Shown here piece by piece: positions 1 through 7,865 of a stretch of DNA of 64,000 bases (position 1 is the first letter of the stretch; each line of letters begins with the position of its first letter). The notes beneath the pieces are model-generated. The model was not told the DNA's origin, made no database searches, and worked only from the letters and a program-made list of their open reading frames with translations. Both the position numbers and the translations under genes were made by a program. Location of the stretch: IMG/VR virus record IMGVR_UViG_3300045988_160093, one strand, 5' to 3'. Source of the stretch: a virus.

Positions 1-24
1 GGGAAATCAAGGAAGGAAAATCTT

Positions 25-261
25 GTGATGGCAAGATGTATTCTTGTGTCACAGATGATCAGGCAGGGTTATAGCGTAACCACCGCATCGAAACTATTAG
101 GAAGAACGACGCAGACGATAAGGAGAATGCTTGTAAGCAATGACAGGTTTTTACGTTCGTCGAGAGCTTACAGGATAGCGAGTGAAGAGATACGGGACAA
201 ATGCCGTCAGTTCTCTGAATCACCAAACAGTTCCTTCGGCGTATCAGTAACCGAAGGGTGA
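25..261 (+). CDS. small HTH-like protein (uncertain)
   Basis: 78-aa ORF. The segment GYSVTTASKLLGRTTQTIRRML looks like a helix-turn-helix. The 3' end overlaps minus-strand ORF 207..596, so one of the two may be spurious. Confidence 0.3.
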   Translation: MMARCILVSQMIRQGYSVTTASKLLGRTTQTIRRMLVSNDRFLRSSRAYRIASEEIRDKCRQFSESPNSSFGVSVTEG

Positions 262-596
262 GCAGGCAAGTTATTATATGGCAATTCCTCATAACTGTTA
301 TCAGCTTCGATAACGGGTGGAATATCAACGCTCCTTCCAAGAACGGCAAGTTCATCAAGGTCGTGATTGATATGGTCTATACGCAGGTTGCCATTCTTGG
401 GGATAATCAGCTTGCCGATTTCAATCATAGTTTTCAGATACATGTTCGGGCTACGCTGGCGGACATCTTCGAGCGCTTCTCTTATATTGTCACGCTCCTC
501 GTTGAACAAGTCGTTGAGGAAATCCCTCGGCATTGCATAAGGTTCCTTCTTTTTCTTTCGGGTGATTTCATTTCGTGGTTCTTTGTCATTCATCAT
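207..596 (-). CDS. hypothetical phage protein
   Basis: 129-aa ORF with protein-like composition. Its start overlaps the stop of upstream ORF 586..1047 by 11 nt (operon packing). Confidence 0.5.
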   Translation of the reverse strand: MMNDKEPRNEITRKKKKEPYAMPRDFLNDLFNEERDNIREALEDVRQRSPNMYLKTMIEIGKLIIPKNGNLRIDHINHDLDELAVLGRSVDIPPVIEADNSYEELPYNNLPAHPSVTDTPKELFGDSEN

Positions 597-1047
597 CTTT
601 GCCTTTCAAATAAGTTTTCCTGTAAAACCTGTGAAATCTCAGACTCTTCTCACGTTCAATCTCTTTCATTTTCTTGAACAATACAGGCATTGATTCAGGA
701 GAAACGAAAAAAGACGGAGCAGGTTGCGTTATGGCAAACTGGGTGAGTTTATATAGAGACATTCCCAAGTATTCCGGTTTTTGGGAAAGTTCTATACAGG
801 TCTCGTACAGCGCATCGAAGAGTGCTTTCCTGTAGGGGTTTGTATAATTTTCCATCCTGTCCCCCTTAAAGTATTGCAGCATCCTCTGATATGCCTGGAA
901 ATGTGTAATGTAATATCTCGGAGCAGGGCTTTCTGCGGTCCTTATCCATGCCTGCTTCTGTGTCGTACAGGTGGGCGCTACCCTCCTGTATGCTTTCATG
1001 AGGTCTATAAGCCTCTGTTCGGTAATGTCCTTGTCAAGTTTTGGCAT
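586..1047 (-). CDS. hypothetical phage protein
   Basis: 153-aa ORF, tightly packed with the downstream gene. Confidence 0.55.
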   Translation of the reverse strand: MPKLDKDITEQRLIDLMKAYRRVAPTCTTQKQAWIRTAESPAPRYYITHFQAYQRMLQYFKGDRMENYTNPYRKALFDALYETCIELSQKPEYLGMSLYKLTQFAITQPAPSFFVSPESMPVLFKKMKEIEREKSLRFHRFYRKTYLKGKDDE

Positions 1048-1144
1048 ATGTATTCTCTTGCAAAATTAATAAATAAAGTCCGGTTGTCTGATTAAAGTCT
1101 CAGTTTTTAGAATGAGTTGTGTTTGTTGATTGGTAATACTCTTT

Positions 1145-1483
1145 TCATCTATTGTCTCCACTGCCATGCAGCTTATTGCGCACCTGTCGGGAACGCAGCT
1201 TCGCATAATTCATCGAGGCAATATTTTCAAGCGTGTAGCCAAGATCGTGTGACAGCGTGGCGCAATACCACAGGACATCACCGATTTCCTTTGCTATTTC
1301 AAGCTTCTTTTCGGGTGTGAATTGGGAGTCATTGTCTCGCAATACCTTCTTCACTTTGTCTGCTACCTCGCCTGCCTCACCAGTCAATCCCAAAGCCGGG
1401 TATATAATCGGCTGAGGATATATCGCGGTTTCAAGGGCGAGGTTCTGGTAGTCATTCAATGTCATTTCGTGTATTTCTGTCAT
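1145..1483 (-). CDS. mazG: MazG-like nucleotide pyrophosphohydrolase
   Basis: 112 aa. GLTGEAGEVADKVKKVLRD ... EIGDVLWYCATL ... NYAKLRSR ... GSGDNR matches the MazG/NTP-PPase EXXE and GDxLWY pattern. Confidence 0.8.
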   Translation of the reverse strand: MTEIHEMTLNDYQNLALETAIYPQPIIYPALGLTGEAGEVADKVKKVLRDNDSQFTPEKKLEIAKEIGDVLWYCATLSHDLGYTLENIASMNYAKLRSRQVRNKLHGSGDNR

Positions 1484-1548
1484 ATACTTATTTATTTTAA
1501 TTCCTAAATTTTATATAGATGTTCTGGATATTCTGGACGTTCTGGATT

Positions 1549-1878
1549 TTAGATAAACTCGTCTTCCTTCATTAGGTCAATGTCCTCGTCGGTGGCGTCG
1601 TAGGAGACAAAGTGTGTGGGGACTTGCAGGTCCTTGTCGGACAAGGCTACGGTGTGGAGGACTACGGAACGGTCTTCGAGGATGTCCTGTATCATACCGA
1701 AGCGCGTTTCGTTTATTACTTCCGCCTCGACAAGTTTCCGTGCGGCGGTGAGGATGACGGAATGCAGCATTTCTGCTTCGGTGAAGGGTGCGTCCTGCTT
1801 TTGGAATGTGCAATACCAAGATGCCGGAGCCGTGAGGATATTCCACATGGCTTTGAGTTTGTAAGTGAGTTTTTTCAT
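1549..1878 (-). CDS. hypothetical protein
   Basis: 109-aa ORF. The alternative overlapping frames are Arg/His-rich junk. Confidence 0.5.
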   Translation of the reverse strand: MKKLTYKLKAMWNILTAPASWYCTFQKQDAPFTEAEMLHSVILTAARKLVEAEVINETRFGMIQDILEDRSVVLHTVALSDKDLQVPTHFVSYDATDEDIDLMKEDEFI

Positions 1879-1897
1879 TGTTTATGTTTTTTAGATG

Positions 1898-2926
1898 TTA
1901 TATTTCTTTTATCAAGCTTATTATTTCTTCTTTGATGTTATCTACAACTTTAATCAAACCTTTTACTTCATCACATTCTTCAATCAAAGACTTTTTGTAT
2001 TCATCAGAACCTTTAACTATAATATGAATGTTGGCAGAAGTATTAAGATAACAGATGCCATGTTCATCTTGTTTTGCAAGACAACTACATTTAGCATTTA
2101 TATTATTAAAGCGAACTTTAATAACTCTATCAATAGTATCCTTGATTTCATTATATTTTATTCTGTTATCTCTCCACAACTCGTCAGGTAAGAAAGAATA
2201 TTTGACGTCATCACATACAGATGTTGCTATTTCATCTTCTATAGAAGTAAGTCTATTTGCTATAAGCTTCTGTTTTGTATCTTCATCTGTAATTTCATGC
2301 AGACCGTTACCGTCATCATATATAAGTTTACTATAATCATGCCATTGACCTTGTTGGTCTTTATAACCAATAACTTCTTGCACATCAAAGTCACCATGAC
2401 TTTTGTCAGTAAGCCAATATTTTACATATACTTTAAATCGTTCAGAAGATGGTATATAAGGCATTGTAATTGGATAAAGTTTGTCAATGAAATTGGCAAT
2501 ACCACCTGAGAAAGTATCTGAAGGGTTTTCAGCATTAATACAATAATATCTGTCAATATCTGTATATTTAACATTACCTTTCAAATCTTTATAACGGAAA
2601 AGACTACTTCTACGAGGACATTGAATATGTGATTTAAGTCCACGTTTTCTAAGACTTTCATCGCTTTCAAGACTTTCACGTTTATCAATAAAGAAATCCT
2701 TATCTGTAATAGGTGACAATGGTATTTCATCAAGCAGTTTCTTAAGTATATTCTTTGTTATACTGAAACTGTAACCACTATGTCCGTCATCCATTAAAGA
2801 TTTATAAGCTTTGAGTGCTGATTGATAACATAAACAACCATAATCAAAACTTTTACCATCCCAATTAGGGTTTTCTCTTTTACATGCAGCAGCTATTTCT
2901 CTTTCTGCCCATTGTGTCATACTCAT
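1898..2926 (-). CDS. hypothetical protein (342 aa) in a very AT-rich segment
   Basis: Long ORF with no motif I recognise. Confidence 0.6.
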   Translation of the reverse strand: MSMTQWAEREIAAACKRENPNWDGKSFDYGCLCYQSALKAYKSLMDDGHSGYSFSITKNILKKLLDEIPLSPITDKDFFIDKRESLESDESLRKRGLKSHIQCPRRSSLFRYKDLKGNVKYTDIDRYYCINAENPSDTFSGGIANFIDKLYPITMPYIPSSERFKVYVKYWLTDKSHGDFDVQEVIGYKDQQGQWHDYSKLIYDDGNGLHEITDEDTKQKLIANRLTSIEDEIATSVCDDVKYSFLPDELWRDNRIKYNEIKDTIDRVIKVRFNNINAKCSCLAKQDEHGICYLNTSANIHIIVKGSDEYKKSLIEECDEVKGLIKVVDNIKEEIISLIKEI

Positions 2927-2929
2927 AAC

Positions 2930-3070
2930 TTACTTCTCCAGCTCTTTAAGCGACAATTCTAATAAACTTTTAATCTCTTTGTATGAATATTTACCTCCGT
3001 CTCCATACCACCATTCATCAGCCTCTTTTAAAGCGCCTTTGATATACTCAACAGCTTTTTCTTTACTCAT
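2930..3070 (-). CDS. small hypothetical protein (46 aa)
   Basis: Hand-translated as MSKEKAVEYIKGALKEADEWWYGDGGKYSYKEIKSLLELSLKELEK. It fills the gap between two genes and its start overlaps the upstream stop. Confidence 0.35.
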   Translation of the reverse strand: MSKEKAVEYIKGALKEADEWWYGDGGKYSYKEIKSLLELSLKELEK

Positions 3071-3468
3071 TGCTTATCCTCCTCAATTTTTACACCGAAT
3101 GGAGTACCATCAAGGAAGGTGACATCTTTAAACATTCTCCCTGAAGTAAACCATATTCCACGGCATTTTATATATTCTTTACTAAAACTAGCACCCATCA
3201 TTTCAATGGGATAAAAAGAACACTTGTCTTTCACCCAACCAAATGGTACATGCTTCTTCATCTCCTCAATACACTCTTCTGCATTAGCAAATGGGCGGTA
3301 CTTAGGTTCTGGCTTTATGCGGTAATCGAAATCATCAACCTCAAATGTTGGATTATTGTCATCCCACCAAAGTGGTGTCTCGCCTGTAATGCATCTGCTT
3401 TGTATCGTCTTTCCTTCACTGAATGCCTGTATAAAAGGCAGAAGGGCTTTAGCTTGTTCTCTGTTCAT
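3067..3468 (-). CDS. hypothetical protein
   Basis: 133-aa ORF. Confidence 0.55.
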   Translation of the reverse strand: MNREQAKALLPFIQAFSEGKTIQSRCITGETPLWWDDNNPTFEVDDFDYRIKPEPKYRPFANAEECIEEMKKHVPFGWVKDKCSFYPIEMMGASFSKEYIKCRGIWFTSGRMFKDVTFLDGTPFGVKIEEDKQ

Positions 3469-3471
3469 ATT

Positions 3472-3630
3472 CTAATAATCATAAATTGTTACATACACAC
3501 CATTACATCTAACATCTTCAATAGATATTTCATTTTTGAGGACTTCTATGTCTATTTTAACAGGCAGTTCCCCGTATTTGTCTACTGATTTCTGCAATTC
3601 TTTTATTAGCTCTACGTTCGTCATAATTCA
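3472..3630 (-). pseudogene. small paralog of 3627..3791, frameshifted relative to its ATG (intact only from a TTG)
   Basis: The ATG at 3623 gives MTNVELI and then a stop. A one-base shift at 3600-3608 restores ELQKSVDKYGELPVKIDIEVLKNEISIEDVRCNGVYVTIYDY, colinear with the neighbouring gene. Confidence 0.35.
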
Positions 3631-3791
3631 ATAATTATAAAGTGTTACATATTCATCATGGCATACAACATCTTTAACAGAATCTTCGTTTTCTGCATAA
3701 TCTCTGAGTATTGCTGCGTCTATATAGACAGGAAGCACACCACGATTTTCTACTGTTGTCAGTAATGCTTTGATTAATTCTACATTTGTCA
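3627..3791 (-). CDS. small hypothetical protein (54 aa)
   Basis: Hand-translated as MTNVELIKALLTTVENRGVLPVYIDAAILRDYAENEDSVKDVVCHDEYVTLYNY. Paralogous to the adjacent copy. Confidence 0.45.
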
Positions 3792-3796
3792 TAATC

Positions 3797-4162
3797 TTAA
3801 TCTTTTAAAGGATTATTAAAGGGCATCCAATAAAGCACACTTGGGATATTCCAACCACGGTAATGCTTTGTTGTTGTGGTATCTACGATGTGGGCAAAGG
3901 AGATTCTCCCTTCATCATTAAGGGCAATTACCTCCCTGTCCATTTCTGGAAGCCTGTCGTTGACTGAAATCCAAGAATTTGTTCCATAAGCAAACTCATC
4001 CTTGAGATTGTCAATTACCATTTCATCATTTGCATTTGACTGCTTTATTATCTCAGTAAATGCCGTTGCCAAATTGTATGGCAGATTCTCATCCCTTGTT
4101 GGGACATTGAGTGTATGGGTTATGCCATTACTCTCAAAGGTTATTGTCAAGTTATCAATCAT
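3797..4162 (-). CDS. DUF551-like phage protein
   Basis: The C-terminal WISVNDRLPEMDREVIAL... resembles the DUF551 W-x-S-V-x-D-x-L-P pattern common in phage accessory genes. Confidence 0.5.
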   Translation of the reverse strand: MIDNLTITFESNGITHTLNVPTRDENLPYNLATAFTEIIKQSNANDEMVIDNLKDEFAYGTNSWISVNDRLPEMDREVIALNDEGRISFAHIVDTTTTKHYRGWNIPSVLYWMPFNNPLKD

Positions 4163-4272
4163 TTGTTTTCTTGTCTGTTAATTTTACTACAATATTTCCC
4201 GTCACACCAGCTCTGTCTGCCTTGTGTGTATGCGCAGTTTGCGCAAATTTGTTCGTTGCTTTGATTTCTCAT
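4159..4272 (-). CDS. small Cys-rich (zinc-ribbon-like) protein, 37 aa
   Basis: MRNQSNEQICANCAYTQGRQSWCDGKYCSKINRQENK contains CxxC ... CxxxxC. ATGA-type overlap with the downstream start. Confidence 0.4.
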   Translation of the reverse strand: MRNQSNEQICANCAYTQGRQSWCDGKYCSKINRQENK

Positions 4273-4283
4273 TTGTTTCGGTT

Positions 4284-4511
4284 TCATAGTTCTTCAATTT
4301 CTTTTTCGATTTTTTCTATGCATCTACTCACTGCCAAGATGAACTCACTTTCTAAAATGTCGGGCATTATCAATCCTTCCCCTCCAATCCTTTTAGTCCA
4401 TAAAAAAAGTTTCTCTTCCTTACAAGGTCTGTTAAGATAACGTGAAATACTTTTAAGACCTTTCAAAGACCTGTTCAGTTCGACCGCTTTTTCAAATTCT
4501 TCTCTTGTCAT
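4284..4511 (-). CDS. hypothetical protein
   Basis: 75-aa ORF. Confidence 0.45.
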   Translation of the reverse strand: MTREEFEKAVELNRSLKGLKSISRYLNRPCKEEKLFLWTKRIGGEGLIMPDILESEFILAVSRCIEKIEKEIEEL

Positions 4512-4519
4512 ATTCTATT

Positions 4520-4984
4520 CTATTTTAGGTTCAACTTCTCCTGCCATTCCTTGTCGTGGATGCTGCCGACCAACTCACAGTCCTCAAGTTTCTGTTGCGT
4601 GATTTCGTCAGAGATGCCGTCAGAAATGCCACGCACAGCGGATTTCGGGTTTTTGACACAGGTGAGCAGAAACATCGCCTCTTCATCACTCCACTCTATA
4701 ATGCCGAAGTAATTATCACGCGCATCATCCTCCATGCAACTGAAGGGGTATTCGTCCGAGCGAAGAATATCCCCCTCATATATCTCCTTGCCGTTCTTGT
4801 CGAGGAAGCCGGTGAACTGGCAGACGGTGGTGGGGTCGATTTGATGTGCCCCGGTGAAACCAATTTTGCCTTCTTCTTCAACAAATCCCAATATGTTTAA
4901 ATTACCATCAAGAGAATGGGCCAAATCACCTGAGACCCATTGTTCCTTACCTTTTCTCTTTGCCTTAAATTTAATTGTTCTCAT
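4520..4984 (-). CDS. YopX family phage protein
   Basis: MRTIKFKAK...FLDKNGKEIYEGDIL...GSIHD matches the YopX pattern (IKFRAW ... G.eIYEGDI ... GNIHD). Confidence 0.7.
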   Translation of the reverse strand: MRTIKFKAKRKGKEQWVSGDLAHSLDGNLNILGFVEEEGKIGFTGAHQIDPTTVCQFTGFLDKNGKEIYEGDILRSDEYPFSCMEDDARDNYFGIIEWSDEEAMFLLTCVKNPKSAVRGISDGISDEITQQKLEDCELVGSIHDKEWQEKLNLK

Positions 4985-5360
4985 AGTTATTCTCTAAATT
5001 AAAGTCAAAATAAATTCCCAAACCAAAGAGTAAGTGTTGGAGTTGGTGAACATATTTTATTTTTGTTCTAAAAGCATCGAAAACAAAATAGTTGCCTTCA
5101 GGATATAGAAGACATGCTCCAACAAAGTCCTGTCCATCCCACTTCCATCCGTTCTTCTCCAACATTTCATAAGTTAGGGGAATAGGCACTAAGTCTTGAG
5201 GTCTCACCTCCCTGAAGAAGTAAGCATCATCATATTCAATGTCTGGATTATAATCATCATGATAATCCTTCACGAAGTAGTTGGTTCTGTAGGTTTCCTC
5301 AATCCTTGCCAACTTCCCTCTGTTTTTTACCCAGTCCCCTGCAATGTATCTTTGTTCCAT
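4971..5360 (-). CDS. hypothetical protein (paralog family with 6703..7158)
   Basis: 129 aa. Shares IPLTYEMLEKNGWKW and YVHQLQH blocks with 6703..7158. Confidence 0.55.
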   Translation of the reverse strand: MEQRYIAGDWVKNRGKLARIEETYRTNYFVKDYHDDYNPDIEYDDAYFFREVRPQDLVPIPLTYEMLEKNGWKWDGQDFVGACLLYPEGNYFVFDAFRTKIKYVHQLQHLLFGLGIYFDFNLENNYENN

Positions 5361-5374
5361 ACTATTCTTTTTTT

Positions 5375-5827
5375 TTAACGAAAATCCTCACTTTTTGAAA
5401 ATCTTAATCCATCACTAATAAAATAGTAAGATGGGAGTGATTCCATACCATCGTACAGTTTGCCATCAGTATTATACAAATAATCCGCTATCTCCTCATT
5501 GAGGAACTGGTCAAGACTGAACACTTCATTATTTTCATCGAAGATTATCTTATCTTTCAAGAATTCCTTTATGCTTTCCAGATTGGCTTTAAAATACCTC
5601 CCATTGTGGTAGTTCCAAAGGAATTGACTACCATAGCCACGCTTCCCAAGATGCACCTTTTCTGGAATAATGTCTGAGATCATCTCGTTATATTTACTGT
5701 GCAATTTATGGAAATAGCAGGCTGTATCTACCTTATCTATAATCTCGATGTATTCCCTAAGCAGTGACTTAATTTTGCTTTTCTGTCTCCTGCTGATTTT
5801 CTCGACACAAAAAAAGTTTGTTCCCAT
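5375..5827 (-). CDS. hypothetical protein
   Basis: 150-aa ORF. Confidence 0.55.
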   Translation of the reverse strand: MGTNFFCVEKISRRQKSKIKSLLREYIEIIDKVDTACYFHKLHSKYNEMISDIIPEKVHLGKRGYGSQFLWNYHNGRYFKANLESIKEFLKDKIIFDENNEVFSLDQFLNEEIADYLYNTDGKLYDGMESLPSYYFISDGLRFSKSEDFR

Positions 5828-5832
5828 AATGT

Positions 5833-6177
5833 TTATTGTTTGTTTTTATTTGGCAATAGGTCTTCGATGTAGCACCATGTAAAATTCACCCCGGCACACT
5901 CGCAGAAGTTGTCCCATTGTATTTCCATGTCGAAATCTGCAAGGTCTATATCCGTTGTAGTGTTGAAAAGATTGTAGCCTCCTACCGTGTTGTCCCATTC
6001 CAAGCCTTTGATGAGGATGATTTTTCCGCTTTCAGGAATTTCATCGTCGGTGTGCCAAAGGGCTTGCTTGAACCATGCAACACCATCCATGAAGGATATT
6101 CTCTCCATTTCCTCGTGGAATCCTTTATCTGGATTATACTTGTTGGCTGCTGTCATTATTGCTTTATCGTCAATCAT
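5833..6177 (-). CDS. hypothetical protein
   Basis: 114-aa ORF. Confidence 0.55.
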   Translation of the reverse strand: MIDDKAIMTAANKYNPDKGFHEEMERISFMDGVAWFKQALWHTDDEIPESGKIILIKGLEWDNTVGGYNLFNTTTDIDLADFDMEIQWDNFCECAGVNFTWCYIEDLLPNKNKQ

Positions 6178-6198
6178 AGTCAGTCTATCTATAAATTG

Positions 6199-6483
6199 TT
6201 AATACTTATGGCGATTCATCCATTTTTCCGCTTTCTTTCTTTCCATTCCGAGCCTCATTGCCTCACGTGAGAGAGTAAAGGATTTACAACCTTCGCAGAT
6301 TTCCCATCGACTTTCTGCGATTTCATCTGTGAAGTGTTGCGTGTATTGTGGTTGTCGTGCGCATACAAAAACTTGGCGAGGAATATTGCAGTATTCATAA
6401 TATGGCACTTGCTCGTCATAAGATTTATTATGTGCGCAGTTAAGTGAAACATATTCATATTTCTTTCGCTGTCTGCTATTCAT
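6199..6483 (-). CDS. hypothetical Cys-rich protein
   Basis: 94-aa ORF with several Cys pairs (CNIPRQVFVC, CEGC). Confidence 0.5.
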   Translation of the reverse strand: MNSRQRKKYEYVSLNCAHNKSYDEQVPYYEYCNIPRQVFVCARQPQYTQHFTDEIAESRWEICEGCKSFTLSREAMRLGMERKKAEKWMNRHKY

Positions 6484-6485
6484 AG

Positions 6486-6692
6486 TTACTCTCCTTTCTT
6501 TGCAAGCATTTCTACCACATCAAGCAAATAATCCAATGCCTTGGGGTACATATCAAAGAAAAGTCCTTTTGCTCTTCCTGTGAAAAGATATATCACAGGA
6601 GAAATTATAAGAGCTATCGGTAGTCCAAAAATAAGGAATAATATTATAGGAATCCAAAGCAGGATTACCAGTATTCTGTATAGTATTTTCAT
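6486..6692 (-). CDS. small membrane protein
   Basis: 68 aa with a strongly hydrophobic N-terminal half (ILVILLWIPIILFLIFGLPIALIISPVIYLF). Confidence 0.5.
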   Translation of the reverse strand: MKILYRILVILLWIPIILFLIFGLPIALIISPVIYLFTGRAKGLFFDMYPKALDYLLDVVEMLAKKGE

Positions 6693-6702
6693 GATTATTT
6701 GT

Positions 6703-7158
6703 TTAGATAGTTATTTCGATGTCCTCTTTGAGAGTATAGATGAAGTTCTGTAGTTCGTGAACGAAGAATATCTCATATAACACTATTCCGTCATAAGATA
6801 CTAAGTATTTTTTCGATATGGGATAATACCGAACTTCCGTACAATTAATCTCATTTTCGTAAATGTACCATTCATAACCTTCTTCTTCTACACGGTGTCT
6901 GAACTCTTTAAATCCATTCTTTATAAGAAACTCTTTAGTGATTGGGATGCCTTCGATTTCTTCGCACCACATCCCTGTTGGCGTATCTCCCTTTTCTCTA
7001 TCAAGTTCCAACAAGGAGACGCATCCATTGAAGTTATCTGGAAATGACAGTGCATCGTCTATGCCTACGACTTTACATATTGTTCCTTGGGGTATCGTGG
7101 AGTGGTCACTGCTGATTTTTACGAAATCTCCAATTCTTAGGTCTTCTGGTTTAATCAT
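6703..7158 (-). CDS. hypothetical protein (paralog family with 4971..5360)
   Basis: 151 aa. Contains IPITKEFLIKNGFKE and FVHELQNF blocks. Confidence 0.55.
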   Translation of the reverse strand: MIKPEDLRIGDFVKISSDHSTIPQGTICKVVGIDDALSFPDNFNGCVSLLELDREKGDTPTGMWCEEIEGIPITKEFLIKNGFKEFRHRVEEEGYEWYIYENEINCTEVRYYPISKKYLVSYDGIVLYEIFFVHELQNFIYTLKEDIEITI

Positions 7159-7223
7159 TTTTTTAATCTTGTTTTACATTTAACTTAATTAAAGTTGCAG
7201 AATCTAACGTTTTCGTTAGTACT

Positions 7224-7255
7224 TTTGGCTATAAACCAAAGTTGTACTAAATTTG
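7224..7255 (+). promoter_or_regulatory. Bacteroides-type promoter (-33 TTTG / -7 TAAATTTG)
   Basis: TTTG at 7224-7227, a 20-nt spacer, then TAAATTTG at 7248-7255. Points rightward, against the surrounding minus-strand genes. Confidence 0.5.
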
Positions 7256-7259
7256 CAAC

Positions 7260-7292
7260 GTGATTTATTCAAGGAGTAACCTCCTTCTCGGC
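7260..7292. repeat. left arm of a 32-bp imperfect inverted repeat
   Basis: GTGATTTATTCA/AGGAG/TAACCTCCTT/CTCGGC is complementary to 7425-7462. Confidence 0.8.
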
Positions 7293-7338
7293 GGCAAAGC
7301 CACCGCTCTCCGTCCAATCTCCTTAGAGAAAAGACATT

Positions 7339-7366
7339 GCCCTTAGTCCTGTGCTGAGGGCTTTTT
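7339..7366 (+). terminator. intrinsic terminator-like hairpin in the leader
   Basis: GCCCTTAG-tcctgtg-CTGAGGGC followed by TTTTT. Confidence 0.6.
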
Positions 7367-7424
7367 CGTTGTGTGTCGGCTTCATATGACGACTTCCGCA
7401 AGTAATTCAGCTTCGGATGCAGTA

Positions 7425-7462
7425 GCCGAGAAAGGAGGTTAATCTCCACATGAATAAATCAC
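7425..7462. repeat. right arm of the inverted repeat (contains the SD and start codon of 7450..7569)
   Basis: GCCGAG a AAGGAGGTTA at CTCC aca TGAATAAATCAC. Confidence 0.8.
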
Positions 7463-7569
7463 ACAAAGAGAGCGGAGTGAAAGAGGTATATTGTCGATAC
7501 ATTATACGGAACGGCAAGATATATTACCCTAAAAGGGCGAAGTTCTTTCACTTTTTCGTAAAGGCGTAA
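7450..7569 (+). CDS. 39-aa highly basic small protein
   Basis: MNKSHKESGVKEVYCRYIIRNGKIYYPKRAKFFHFFVKA. AAGGAGG lies 11 nt upstream and a terminator follows. Confidence 0.4.
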   Translation: MNKSHKESGVKEVYCRYIIRNGKIYYPKRAKFFHFFVKA

Positions 7570-7590
7570 TCGATGCGTCTTAACTCTCGG

Positions 7591-7621
7591 GGAGGTGTGC
7601 CAGGAAACATCTCCTTTTTTT
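7591..7621 (+). terminator. intrinsic terminator
   Basis: GGAGGTGT-gccaggaa-ACATCTCC followed by T7. Confidence 0.65.
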
Positions 7622-7658
7622 GTTTGTCCTCCCCCTGCTGTCACCAAGGAGAGGATGG

Positions 7659-7853
7659 TTAGTTACTTTTTCTTCTCATCTCCTTTTCAAGCCGACGCTG
7701 GTAGGCTCTACGTTGTTGGCGAGTCATCTGAGTATAGGTTTCAAAGGAGTCTGGCTGAGTATCTTTATGTTGTTCAGTTTCCTCGCTAACCACAGGTCTA
7801 TTCAATAGTTTAGCAAGTCTTCTAAGACTTTGTTTTGTTCTTTCCAAATCCAT
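7659..7853 (-). CDS. hypothetical basic protein
   Basis: 64-aa ORF, Arg/Gln-rich at the C-terminus. Confidence 0.4.
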   Translation of the reverse strand: MDLERTKQSLRRLAKLLNRPVVSEETEQHKDTQPDSFETYTQMTRQQRRAYQRRLEKEMRRKSN

Positions 7854-7865
7854 ATTGATTACTTT

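Noticed and set aside
7260-7462. Retron-like msr/msd or MITE interpretation of the 32-bp inverted repeat
   Set aside because: No reverse transcriptase or transposase is anywhere in the window, and no flanking target-site duplication was noticed. The arm content (SD plus AUG) fits a regulatory switch better. The inverton alternative is kept as a hypothesis in the findings.
7216-7647. Minus-strand track ORFs 7216..7449 and 7459..7647
   Set aside because: Their composition is Arg/Leu/Ser-rich and not protein-like. The region is better explained by a plus-strand promoter, two plus-strand terminators, a 32-bp inverted repeat and a small SD-preceded ORF.
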